A stretch of 64,000 bases of DNA from Candidatus Latescibacterota bacterium (GTDB lineage: Bacteria > Latescibacterota > UBA2968 > GCA-2709665): assembly GCA_963662665.2 (NCBI GenBank), contig CAXXJS010000040.1, positions 192,001 to 256,000 of the forward strand. Reading direction: 5' to 3'. Positions 31,162 to 41,462 of the stretch are shown piece by piece; within the stretch, counting starts at the first letter, position 1; the number at the start of each line of letters is the position of its first letter. A program made the translations under genes and the position numbers. Under the pieces are notes generated by a model. That model had not been told where the DNA came from, searched no databases, and saw only the letters and a program-made list of their open reading frames with translations.

Positions 31162-32250
31162 TTAAGACTGTCTTCTAACGATACCTGCGTCTCCTGTTGG
31201 CAAAACGGGCAGACACGGCTCTTAGGGTCGTAATATTCGCGGCCTTGTTTGACCCAGTCACTATTACCAAGTTTCCTTATTAGACTTGAGATATCTACGT
31301 CAGATTTCCCAATAACGACCTTTTTCAAAATTGGATTGCTTTCATGGTCCAAAAGCTGTTTCCAATCCGGGCCTTGTAGACTCTCCTGCTCTTGGGGAGA
31401 TTCGCTAAAGATCGTCTTAGCCTTTTGCCGTAGAGTTTCAAGTTCGACTAAATCGGCGGTATTGTTCTCCGACTCGTACATCAGCTTTGCCTTGAAATCT
31501 TCTTTGCTTCCACGATTCCCAGTAAACGCATCCTTGAATTCTGAGTCGTGGTTGTTTTTCATTTTCCAGCAATCTTCGGAAAACTGCTCTTCAAGTTCTC
31601 TCAGATCGCTGAATTTGCCTCCGCTATTCCCGCCACCGCGGAGTGTGGTTTCCAACGTCTCAATAGAGCTATTTGTATTCTGTAGTTCTCTTCTTGCGCC
31701 GGCTATCTTGTCTTCAATCTCCTTGTCCTTCTCGCCTAAAGTGAAAATCCCCTGCAAGTGTTCAGGTCGATTTACGTTTCGATCAACAAAGTCGCGGTTG
31801 TACACAAAAGCCTCGAGGTGTATACCATTTTTCCACGTCACTTCGCAGTCGAGATGATCTTCTGCATGTGGATCAGCGATAACACGAGATATCGTCGTTT
31901 TTCCTGTGGCGTTTGCACCGTATATAAAATTCACCTTTTTCAGTTCATCCAGTTCTTCCGCTGTTTGTCCAAATGTCGCCACGTTTCTGATTCGAATCTT
32001 GTTGATCATGGGAAAGGGTCTTTCGTTTCAATTGGCGACGCCGTTACCTGATGCGGTTCCGGCTGACGAGTACCTTGCGAAAGAGCGTGAGATCCGCGTC
32101 GCCACCGTAATCCCGCACTTAATGGAATAAATCAAAGGACAACAACCTACATTTAATGCCCGTTCGACGCACTGTCAAGGGGCATCGCACAGGCTACGGT
32201 CATTCCATCGTGGTAGCGGTCAACACAGGTCGGTTTATATGCGCACCGGT

Positions 32251-32964
32251 CTACTCCACAGCGAAAACCCGGTTACGCGATGGCAGGCTGACGATCTTCG
32301 AATAGTGGTGTACTTTCAGATCGGGATTACAGGGATCGGCGGGGGTGGGCGCTTCGATCACAAAGTCGGCGAAGTGAGGGGCGTTAAAGGCCACGAAGGC
32401 GAGCGACAGGCAGTCGACAAGGCGATCGGGGCGTTTGGAAAGATCGGGGAAGGCGAGCGGACCGGTGTCGACCTGGTAGCGGTCGTCCTCGCGGCGGGTG
32501 TTCATCGTCTTTACGGGACATTCGATCAGGGCACTGAGTCCGGTATCATCGTTTCGGATCTCCGTCTGCGAGACCAACGGCGCGAAGCGATACGTTTCCT
32601 CGCGGATGGACGCGTTCGACGGCAATTCGCGAATGCTCTCGCCCTCGACAGTGTGGAGGTCATACCCGCCGAACATCTCCCCGTATGACTGCGTTTCCCG
32701 GTACCGGTCGCTCAGACGGGCCGGACGCCGGAAGATGAGACCATACTTCGCGCTGAAGATCGGCAGGTAATCGTAGTTGTCACGTTTGAACAAGCCCCTT
32801 TCATGGAACGTATTCTCGCTCTTGCAGGAGGCGGTCTGGTAGAAATCCTCGCTGATCCCCTCCCTGTCGTCGATAACGCGGGTACGTGACTCGATCCAGA
32901 AGCGCACCTCGTTTGCCCGTCCCTTCCCAATCAGGAACGAACCGCCGTAATCGAGCGGGGTCAT
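32251..32964 (-). CDS. Hypothetical protein
   Basis: Open frame following the SulP gene with protein-like composition (RFWIESR, SCKSENTF, ECPVKTMN); start at 32964 or 32991. Confidence 0.65.
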   Translation of the reverse strand: MTPLDYGGSFLIGKGRANEVRFWIESRTRVIDDREGISEDFYQTASCKSENTFHERGLFKRDNYDYLPIFSAKYGLIFRRPARLSDRYRETQSYGEMFGGYDLHTVEGESIRELPSNASIREETYRFAPLVSQTEIRNDDTGLSALIECPVKTMNTRREDDRYQVDTGPLAFPDLSKRPDRLVDCLSLAFVAFNAPHFADFVIEAPTPADPCNPDLKVHHYSKIVSLPSRNRVFAVE

Positions 32965-32992
32965 TTCGATTCCAACTACCCGAATCCCCATG

Positions 32993-35197
32993 CTATTGCT
33001 CCGTTCCCGATGCGCCCCGTAGACGCCCTGCCAGCAGGTACCGATACAGCTTAAGCGTAAGCATTTGTTCGTTCTCCTCCAGCTTGTCCAACGCAACCGG
33101 CGTCAGCACCATCGTCCGGCAGGGTTCGTCTGCAATCACCAGCGCTGCCTCCTGCTCCGAAGCATCTGCGGGCCATATCGAATCCCCGGGCCCGACTTGA
33201 AACAAGCGAGCGCCCGCCGAATCGTACCCGGTGGCCCTGCCGGAGATCAGCAATTGCAGACCGTTTTTCGGCGCATCCTGTCTTGCGAGGGCCTCGCCTG
33301 CAGAGTACTGACATTGGTTCAACCACCTTTGCAGTTCATCCGTCAGGTCTTCGAAATCTATCTGACGCTCCAGGTAGCGTTCGAGGTCATCGGCGGCGTG
33401 CTCCAGCAGAGAGGTGCGCCGCGCGTCAGCCCTGTCGGCGTCCGCCTTCCAGGCCGACAGGAGGATCTCCTCCCCGACCTCAAGGGCGCGGTCCGCATCC
33501 GGCTCGACCAGCAACCCCGCAAATACGGCAGGCGGGAGGTTGTGCTTAAATCCGGTCTGCATACCTCCGGACAATCCGCTCAGAACGACCCGAACCCCGG
33601 CAGCACTCGCCGCCTGCAGAAACCTGCACAGGACGTTCACCGCCGAGTAGTCGAAGCCGGAAACGGCGTTGAAGTCCAGTATCAGACAAACAGGACGCGA
33701 AGCGCCCTTAAGGGAATTCCTGAGATGGTCCGCGAGGGGACACACGCTGCCGAAGAAGAGGTAGCCGCGCAGCCGGTACGCCTCCGCCCGCTCACCTTCC
33801 TCCAGCAGAATGGCGCGATCCGGGACAGGACGGGCCCTGTTGCTCCTCCGTTCGCGCGCGGTGAACCGCGACTCGACCGGGTCCACGCGGCTGAGGCGGA
33901 CAGCGAAGAACACGAGTGTGGCGAGCATCCCGACGCCTACACCCTCGATCATTCCGAAAGACGTAATCGCAACGAAGATCAGTAGAATGATGCCGTATTC
34001 CGACCATGGGAGCCGTCTGCGGCTTGCCACGAGGCCCTGGTCCAACAAGCCCACACCGGCAAAGACCAGGATTCCGCCGACGAGCGGCGCAGGAACGAGT
34101 TCCAGCATCGCGTCCCCAAGAAACAATGCCGCCCCGATCACCAGAGCGGCGACCACTCCGGTCAACCTTGTTGTGGCCCCAAGCAACTTGCTGCGCAAGG
34201 AGGCCGGCACGACAAGCGTCGCCACCGTGCCGCCGCCGAGACCGGCGACCATACTCGCAACGCCCGTCATCCGGAACTCCCGGTCCCAGTCCAACTCCTG
34301 ATTCACTGCCAGCTCCAGGCCGGCGAAATTCATCACCACGGCGATAAACGCAACCAGAATCAGCGTCAGCATGTGGGGGGCCTGTCTGGCCATGGAGGAC
34401 CATTGCACGTTTGCGAGGTCGCCCGGATACAGGGCCGGCCACAGGTTCCCGTCGGCAGTTCTGGTGAGCAGCAGGCCTTCCGCACGCGCAGCATCGCCCG
34501 AAATGCCGAGGCTGGCGAGCGCGAAGTGGTACGCGACTACGGCAAGCGCGACGCTTACCGGCAGGATCAGTGGATTCGCCCAACGCTTCATTGCGAAATA
34601 CAGAGCGACCCCATACACCACACCCGGGCTCCATTTCCAGAACGTGGATGCGTCGAAGAGCGCGGGAATCGCGTGCCAGTCCGGATCGGATCCCATCAGC
34701 GACATCGCGGCAAGACATACGGCCCCACCGATTCCGGCCACGAATCCGCCCGCCACAGGATAGGGGATAAAGCGCATCAGGTTTGCGAGCCGGAAGCGCC
34801 CGATGATGAGACAGCCCGCACCGGTGACCACTGCGGTCAGAATAAGCGCAACCGACGTCGTGACGAAAAGCGCATGGCCCTCCGCATCCATCGTGGATCC
34901 GACCGCAGCCATCACGACGACCAGTACGGGAGACAATCCCGCAATTGCTCCGCGGTACCCGCCCCCGAGGGCGATGAACAGACACGCGGTGAAATTTCCG
35001 AAAAGCACCAGCCCGACGCCCTGCGAGGAATAGGGCGCCAGAGGTCCCGAGAAGATAAAGCTCGCGAAGGCGACCTGGGCAACCATCAGACCCAGACCCG
35101 CCGTGAATCCGGCCGTCAGCGCCGGAACCGCCTTCGCGGACCGCAGGTCGGCGCGAAGCTCGAACGCGAGATCTATGAGAAAGGATTTCATCGTCAA
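32993..35197 (-). CDS. SulP family anion transporter with STAS and cNMP-binding-like domains
   Basis: Many TM helices, MRFIPYPVAGGFVAGIG, STAS motifs LRGYLFFGS and LDFNAVSGFDYSA, C-terminal GLQLLISG. Confidence 0.9.
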   Translation of the reverse strand: MTMKSFLIDLAFELRADLRSAKAVPALTAGFTAGLGLMVAQVAFASFIFSGPLAPYSSQGVGLVLFGNFTACLFIALGGGYRGAIAGLSPVLVVVMAAVGSTMDAEGHALFVTTSVALILTAVVTGAGCLIIGRFRLANLMRFIPYPVAGGFVAGIGGAVCLAAMSLMGSDPDWHAIPALFDASTFWKWSPGVVYGVALYFAMKRWANPLILPVSVALAVVAYHFALASLGISGDAARAEGLLLTRTADGNLWPALYPGDLANVQWSSMARQAPHMLTLILVAFIAVVMNFAGLELAVNQELDWDREFRMTGVASMVAGLGGGTVATLVVPASLRSKLLGATTRLTGVVAALVIGAALFLGDAMLELVPAPLVGGILVFAGVGLLDQGLVASRRRLPWSEYGIILLIFVAITSFGMIEGVGVGMLATLVFFAVRLSRVDPVESRFTARERRSNRARPVPDRAILLEEGERAEAYRLRGYLFFGSVCPLADHLRNSLKGASRPVCLILDFNAVSGFDYSAVNVLCRFLQAASAAGVRVVLSGLSGGMQTGFKHNLPPAVFAGLLVEPDADRALEVGEEILLSAWKADADRADARRTSLLEHAADDLERYLERQIDFEDLTDELQRWLNQCQYSAGEALARQDAPKNGLQLLISGRATGYDSAGARLFQVGPGDSIWPADASEQEAALVIADEPCRTMVLTPVALDKLEENEQMLTLKLYRYLLAGRLRGASGTEQ

Positions 35198-36234
35198 TCG
35201 TCCAGGGGCAGCCTGACGGCTTCACCGGTACGGGACGAGCGGTAGGCCGCCAGGGCGATCTCCACGGCCGCCCGGCCGTCTTCTCCCGTGACCGGAGGCG
35301 GCGTGTCGTTTACGATGCATGCGATAAAGTCCCTTACCTCGTCAGCAAACGCCTTCTGCCGCGGGTCCTCCACCGACGCGTGGTCGTACACCGTTTCCCA
35401 TTCCCTCGTGTCCTCACGGGCGATCTTGACCTTGTTGTAGGGATCGACCTCCATCAGCCCCTTCTCACCAATGAGTTCCGCGCCGCAACTGAAACCCCTC
35501 CAGCCGGGCGGAGGGAGGGCCTCGGAATAGATAAGGTGGGCGCTGCCGCCGTTCCGGAAGCCAATCATCACCATGTTGGACGTGATGTCTCCAGGGACCT
35601 CCGTGCGTAACGAATAGGACCGGGCGAACACATAGTCTGCTTCGCATTCGAACCACCAGCGCAATCTGTCGATATTGTGTACTCCCCACGCGATAAGGCC
35701 GCCGGGACCGTAGAGATCCAGGTCCGTGAACCACGCCCGGTTGGGATCGGGCTTGCGGTATCCCGGCGTGGCCAGCGTATCCCTGCACATGAGCAGCCTC
35801 CCGATGACGCCCTCCTGCAGAAGTCGTTTGGATAGTGCGTCGCCTTCCCAGTACCGATGGCTCTGCGCGACCATGAGTTTGCGGTCCGCACGACGCGCCG
35901 CCTGAATAATGGCGTCGCATTTATCCAGGGTCAGCTCCAGTGGCTTTTCCACGAGGGCATGTTTGCCCGCCTCGAGCGCGGCAATGGCGTGTTCGGCGTG
36001 CAGAGCGTGGGGCGTGGTCACGATAACGGCGTGGATATCGTCCCTGGCAACAAGCGACTCCAGGCTATTCTCATAGTCCAGGTCGTACAGTCCGGCAAGG
36101 CCGGGGCCAACGCCCGGAATATTGGCGGGGTCGTTCAAGGCAACGGCTTCGCCGTACTTCACGTCTCTCAGGGCGTCGATATGGGTACGCCCCATCTTCC
36201 CCGCGCCTACGATGCCCACGCGCACGCGTTCCAT
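35194..36234 (-). CDS. Gfo/Idh/MocA family oxidoreductase
   Basis: VGIVGAGKMG, TPHALH, GKHALVEKP and GVHNID. Confidence 0.93.
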   Translation of the reverse strand: MERVRVGIVGAGKMGRTHIDALRDVKYGEAVALNDPANIPGVGPGLAGLYDLDYENSLESLVARDDIHAVIVTTPHALHAEHAIAALEAGKHALVEKPLELTLDKCDAIIQAARRADRKLMVAQSHRYWEGDALSKRLLQEGVIGRLLMCRDTLATPGYRKPDPNRAWFTDLDLYGPGGLIAWGVHNIDRLRWWFECEADYVFARSYSLRTEVPGDITSNMVMIGFRNGGSAHLIYSEALPPPGWRGFSCGAELIGEKGLMEVDPYNKVKIAREDTREWETVYDHASVEDPRQKAFADEVRDFIACIVNDTPPPVTGEDGRAAVEIALAAYRSSRTGEAVRLPLDD

Positions 36235-36282
36235 AGGGATCCTCTCAGGTGTCAATTGAGGCGATTCATTGGACTCATCATG

Positions 36283-37179
36283 TTACATAAGGCGTTTTCG
36301 TTTTGCCAGATAGTTGAACAGAACCGTATCGAAGGGACTGGCGGTGTCCAGAAGGACGTAGTCGATGAGGCTTTCACGGCATTCGCGGCCGAATTGCCCG
36401 GTAAGCGCATCCATATGCTCCCTGTAATCGGAGGCCACGTGCCAGGGTTCGGTGGTGACGGAGGCGCCGGATTCGAGGTCGACGAACCGGGTTTCACGGC
36501 CGAAATCGAGATCGCGTTCTCTGGGGTCCTGTATGTGGAAGACGATGACTTCGTGCTTTCGGTGGCGAAAGTGCTTCAGACCGGACAGCAGGGAGCGCGG
36601 GTCGTCCATCAGGTCCGACAGGACCACGATAAGGCCGCGGCGCACAATGCGTTCGGCAAGGCTGTGGAAAGTGGTGGCCAGGTCGGTGTCTTCGCCCTCG
36701 GGGTGGGTATTCTGCAGCGTTCCAAGCAGGGCGTGAAGATGCGTACCCGCCGACCTCGGCGGCAGGTAGGTGCGGATGCTTCGGTCGAATGAGACCAGGC
36801 CGACGGCGTCGCGCTGGCGCAGCATCAGGTAGGAAAGCGCGGCAGCGGTATAGGCAGCATACTGAAATTTGGTGATGCCATTGGAACCGTAGGCCATGGA
36901 CGCGCTGGCGTCCAGGAGGATGTACGCCTTCAGGTTCGTTTCTTCTTCGTACTGTTTCACGTACAACCTGTCGGTTTTACCGTAGACCTTCCAGTCCACG
37001 TTGCGCAGCGGGTCACCCGGTATATACTGACGATATTCGGAGAATTCAACCGAGAATCCGTGATAGGGACTCTGGTGCAGGCCCGTGATGAATCCCTCGA
37101 CCACGAGGCGGGCAACCAGATCGAGGCGGGAAAGTCGGGCGACAACTTCGGGCTGAAGATACGTGCGGAAATCGGGCAT
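36283..37179 (-). CDS. DUF58 domain protein (MoxR-associated, vWA-like)
   Basis: GLHQSPYHGFSVEFSEYRQYIPGD...VDWK; LDASASM. Confidence 0.93.
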   Translation of the reverse strand: MPDFRTYLQPEVVARLSRLDLVARLVVEGFITGLHQSPYHGFSVEFSEYRQYIPGDPLRNVDWKVYGKTDRLYVKQYEEETNLKAYILLDASASMAYGSNGITKFQYAAYTAAALSYLMLRQRDAVGLVSFDRSIRTYLPPRSAGTHLHALLGTLQNTHPEGEDTDLATTFHSLAERIVRRGLIVVLSDLMDDPRSLLSGLKHFRHRKHEVIVFHIQDPRERDLDFGRETRFVDLESGASVTTEPWHVASDYREHMDALTGQFGRECRESLIDYVLLDTASPFDTVLFNYLAKRKRLM

Positions 37180-37198
37180 CGGGTCGGGAACTGCGGCG

Positions 37199-38194
<996 letters not shown>

Positions 38195-38276
38195 GTTCGT
38201 GCATTCCTTCGCGGGGCGGACGTAACCGTTTTCGCCAAATCTCCAGGAAACCGGCTGCTGGCCGCCGGGTTTATGC

Positions 38277-39635
38277 TCACGTCTTCCGTTCTTGTTTTTT
38301 GGCTGCGGGGAACAAGATGTTGTTCAATATGAGGCGATAGCCCGGGGAGTTACGGCGCAGGGCGAGTTGGGTGGGCGGGTCGCCGACGAAGTGGCGATAG
38401 TCTTCCGGATCGTGCCCGGCGTAAAAGGTAAATGTGCCGCGTCCCACGTTTCCGTGGATGTATTTGACCTGGTCCGTGCCGCTGACCTCGCCCATAATGG
38501 TGATCGACTTCTTGATTCGACTTTTGCGAAACGCGGTGGTCTGCCCCAGAAATCCACGGACGACGGGCACGTGATTCTGGGTGAGCATGGCGGGCACAGG
38601 ATCGAATTTGGCTGAGAATTCAAACAGGGTGAACGCATCGGCGTCGGGCCCCCGGAACTGCGCCCCGGTGGCGGGCGAGACGTCTATGTCCGCGTGTTCG
38701 TATTCGTTGGGGTCCGTAACCAGGGAAAAGTTCTCAAAGGCGACGGTTCTTGAAAAGTCCAGCCTGGCCTGTGCGTCAGGGTCAGGCGGGTCTCCGTCGT
38801 AGACGGTATCCACAATGTCGACGCCGGTGGCGGCCAGCGCAATATCAAACGTGTCCGTCGCGGAACACATGGCGAACACGAACCCGCCATTGGAGATGTA
38901 TTGCTGAATTGCCAGCGCAATGGCGCCCTTTTGTGCGGAGACCTTATTGAAACCGAGGCGATTGGCAAGGCTTTCGAACTGGGTCTGCTGGCGGCGGTAC
39001 CAAAGTTCGCGGCCATGGCTTCGGTAGAACTTCCCGAATTGACCCGTGAAATCTTCGTGATGCAAATGCAGCCAGTCGTACTCGGAAAGTTTCCCCGCCA
39101 GCACTTCCTCGTCCCAGAGGACGTCGTATGGAATTTCGGCGTAGGACAGCGCCAGCGTGACGGCGTCGTCCCAGGGTTGTTTGTTGGGTGGCGTATACAC
39201 TGCAATCTTCGGCGCCTTATCCAGCCGGACCGGGTTCATGTTTCCGTGCTCGATCTCCGCGTAGATTCGAGCGGCCTCGGCTCCGGTGATTCGCTCGAAA
39301 TCGACGTCGCGCAGACGCGCCTCCCCGGCCGCCGCTTCCACGTAGTCCATCATGAAGGCGCCGCCCCGGTAGTTGAGCAGCCACTCCACGTCGATACGGT
39401 GCTGAAGCGCCCAATAGGCCAGCCCATAGGCCTTGAGATGGTTGGTCTGCCCAAGATCCATGGGGATGAGCAGTTTGTTTGCGGCCGCATCCGAAATGGC
39501 ACCGAACAGGCAAAACGTCAGCGCCAGGACGAAGACAAGGCGGACGGGAGGCGTGCGCGAAGGATACCCCGAGCGCATGTTCCCGCGTATGCCCGTGAAA
39601 GGCGGCTTTCGGTACGTCCGGCAATGTGTTTTCAC
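38277..39635 (-). CDS. Exported protein of the family often labelled asparagine synthetase B; GATase-like, function unknown
   Basis: LLIPMD..QTNHLKAYG, WLLNYRGG, WDDAVT, WLHLHHEDFTGQ, FAMCSATD and GHDPEDY; start uncertain (39635 or 39578). Confidence 0.75.
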   Translation of the reverse strand: MKTHCRTYRKPPFTGIRGNMRSGYPSRTPPVRLVFVLALTFCLFGAISDAAANKLLIPMDLGQTNHLKAYGLAYWALQHRIDVEWLLNYRGGAFMMDYVEAAAGEARLRDVDFERITGAEAARIYAEIEHGNMNPVRLDKAPKIAVYTPPNKQPWDDAVTLALSYAEIPYDVLWDEEVLAGKLSEYDWLHLHHEDFTGQFGKFYRSHGRELWYRRQQTQFESLANRLGFNKVSAQKGAIALAIQQYISNGGFVFAMCSATDTFDIALAATGVDIVDTVYDGDPPDPDAQARLDFSRTVAFENFSLVTDPNEYEHADIDVSPATGAQFRGPDADAFTLFEFSAKFDPVPAMLTQNHVPVVRGFLGQTTAFRKSRIKKSITIMGEVSGTDQVKYIHGNVGRGTFTFYAGHDPEDYRHFVGDPPTQLALRRNSPGYRLILNNILFPAAKKQERKT

Positions 39636-41462
39636 CTATCCGGGCTCCCTGCGGTTGGTTTCAAGCGCCTTGAGTTTCTCTCGAAGCGCCCGAACCTGTT
39701 CCCGGGCTTCCTCCGCTTCCAGGCTGTGCGGATACGATGCCAGCACGGATTCGTATGTGTGCAGAGCGTCGAGGTATTGGCCCAGTTTCTGATCGTAGAT
39801 CCTGCCTATGGTGACCATCGCCCGTGAGCACAGCGGGCTCCACGGGACGCTTGCAAGCAGGCGCCGAGACATCCGGATGGCGTCGTTGTACCTGCCGAGG
39901 CTGTCCAGAAGCGCAATCTGCGTTGCCAGGGCGCGGTCCAGAAGCCGCGACTTCGGATGGGTTTGCACAAACGTCCGGAACGCGCCAAGGGCCGCTTCAG
40001 GTTGCCGTCTGCGGACAAACCTGGACGCGGCAGCAAAGGATTGAAGCACCCGGACGTCTTCATGGTCTGCCTGCTCGAGCAGGACCGAGAGCGCCAGCGC
40101 ATCGTTAAACGCGAATCGGTTGGACGCCCCCGCCAGAAGGCTGTCTATAATGGACCGTGCGGCGTCGATGTCACCGGAAAAAAAACGACACTCCGCAACG
40201 CCTAAGAGGGCCTGAGCGGCGGCGTCCTTGCCCTCCTGCTCCCGTGCAACGCGGGCGAAAACCGTTTCAGCTTCGGCAAGCCGGTCCGAAATAACCATCA
40301 TATCCGCGATTTCGAAGAGCGCTTGATAACGCCAGGAAGAACGCCTCGTCGCCCCGGCGACCACGCGGAATGCACTCATTGCGGCCGCGGTATCCCGATA
40401 GGCCCGGCGCAGAAGTCGACCCAGGCGATAACCGGCCTCTTGCGCGGACAGGGTTCCCGGATATCTGCCAATCAGACTCCGGTACAGGGCCGCAGCCGTG
40501 TCGACCCGCGCCAATTCTTCGTTCGCCCTTCCCAGACCCAGCAGTGCGCCGGGCAAACGGTGGGTGGCGCCGGAGGCGGTCAGAAGCATTTGATAGGCGA
40601 CGGCCGCTGTCGCGAACCGGCCGGCGTCGAAGGCTTGTCTGGCGAGACGCAGCAGTTGCGTCTTTTGGAATGAATCAAGACGTGGAAACGTCGCAAAGAC
40701 CTGCAGCGCCGGGTCCTCACGACCTGCTGCGAGGGCATATTCCGTGAATAGCCGAAGAGAACGCTCATCTCGCGGATGCGCCTGGACCTCCCGACCGAGT
40801 GTGGCGAGAATCCGGTCCTGTTGATTGCCCTCCCTCGCGTAATGCCGGAAGCGTGATTCGACCGGCCCGACAGTTTGAGGTTGTTGCCGAACAAGAACCA
40901 GGTATTCAACGACAGCATCGTGATAACGCAGGAGCCGTTCCGAGATTTCAGCCATCTCCCTGGCGAACAGCCGCGGGTTTTTCAGGGCACTACGTCCCTG
41001 CAGGCAAACGGAAAGGGCCCGTGAAGGGAGGTTGTGTTTCAGGAAGCGGTTCGCAACCCTCGCAAAGGTTCCCTCATCGGCAACTTGCGTGACGATATGG
41101 TTCCAATTGGCAATTGCCTCCTGCAGTTTGCCCGTTTCGGACTGAATGTCCGCAAGCCGAAAACGGACCGACCTGTCCTGCGGTCTCTCTTTCAGATAGG
41201 ACTCCAGGAGGCGGATGGCTTCGCCACGCCGGCCGGTACGGTAGAGCAGCGATTCCATACGAATGAGAATGTCCGCACGGTCCGGATACCGTTTCAAGAG
41301 TCTGCGGTAAAGCCGCAGCGCTCCCTTCAGGTCGCCGGAAGCCTGCTTCGCATCGGCCAGTTTCAGTGTTTCCCGGGCGGTGCCCGCGGTGAGGCCCACC
41401 GGCGCGATCAGCAGAATTGCCGCAAGCACCGGGAATGTGCAGGACAAAGTCCGCGTCTTCAT
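39636..41462 (-). CDS. Exported TPR protein
   Basis: Signal peptide; repeated TPR-like helices ending in YP. Confidence 0.85.
   Translation of the reverse strand: MKTRTLSCTFPVLAAILLIAPVGLTAGTARETLKLADAKQASGDLKGALRLYRRLLKRYPDRADILIRMESLLYRTGRRGEAIRLLESYLKERPQDRSVRFRLADIQSETGKLQEAIANWNHIVTQVADEGTFARVANRFLKHNLPSRALSVCLQGRSALKNPRLFAREMAEISERLLRYHDAVVEYLVLVRQQPQTVGPVESRFRHYAREGNQQDRILATLGREVQAHPRDERSLRLFTEYALAAGREDPALQVFATFPRLDSFQKTQLLRLARQAFDAGRFATAAVAYQMLLTASGATHRLPGALLGLGRANEELARVDTAAALYRSLIGRYPGTLSAQEAGYRLGRLLRRAYRDTAAAMSAFRVVAGATRRSSWRYQALFEIADMMVISDRLAEAETVFARVAREQEGKDAAAQALLGVAECRFFSGDIDAARSIIDSLLAGASNRFAFNDALALSVLLEQADHEDVRVLQSFAAASRFVRRRQPEAALGAFRTFVQTHPKSRLLDRALATQIALLDSLGRYNDAIRMSRRLLASVPWSPLCSRAMVTIGRIYDQKLGQYLDALHTYESVLASYPHSLEAEEAREQVRALREKLKALETNRREPG

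Larger units (their letters stand above)
24889..32009 (-). pseudogene. rloC: RloC-like AAA_13 ATPase/zinc-hook/HEPN gene interrupted by three IS elements
   Basis: Pieces 32009-31162, 29459-28760, 27160-27057 and 25456-24889 total 2220 nt in one frame: GANATGKT, CPFC, LSEGE, DDPVSSLD, LTHN, RRILE, WINEGSH. Confidence 0.85.

Noticed and set aside
32040-32130. Short plus-strand frame (ADEYLAKERE) resembling a Uma2-type N-terminus
   Set aside because: Too short, with no further motifs
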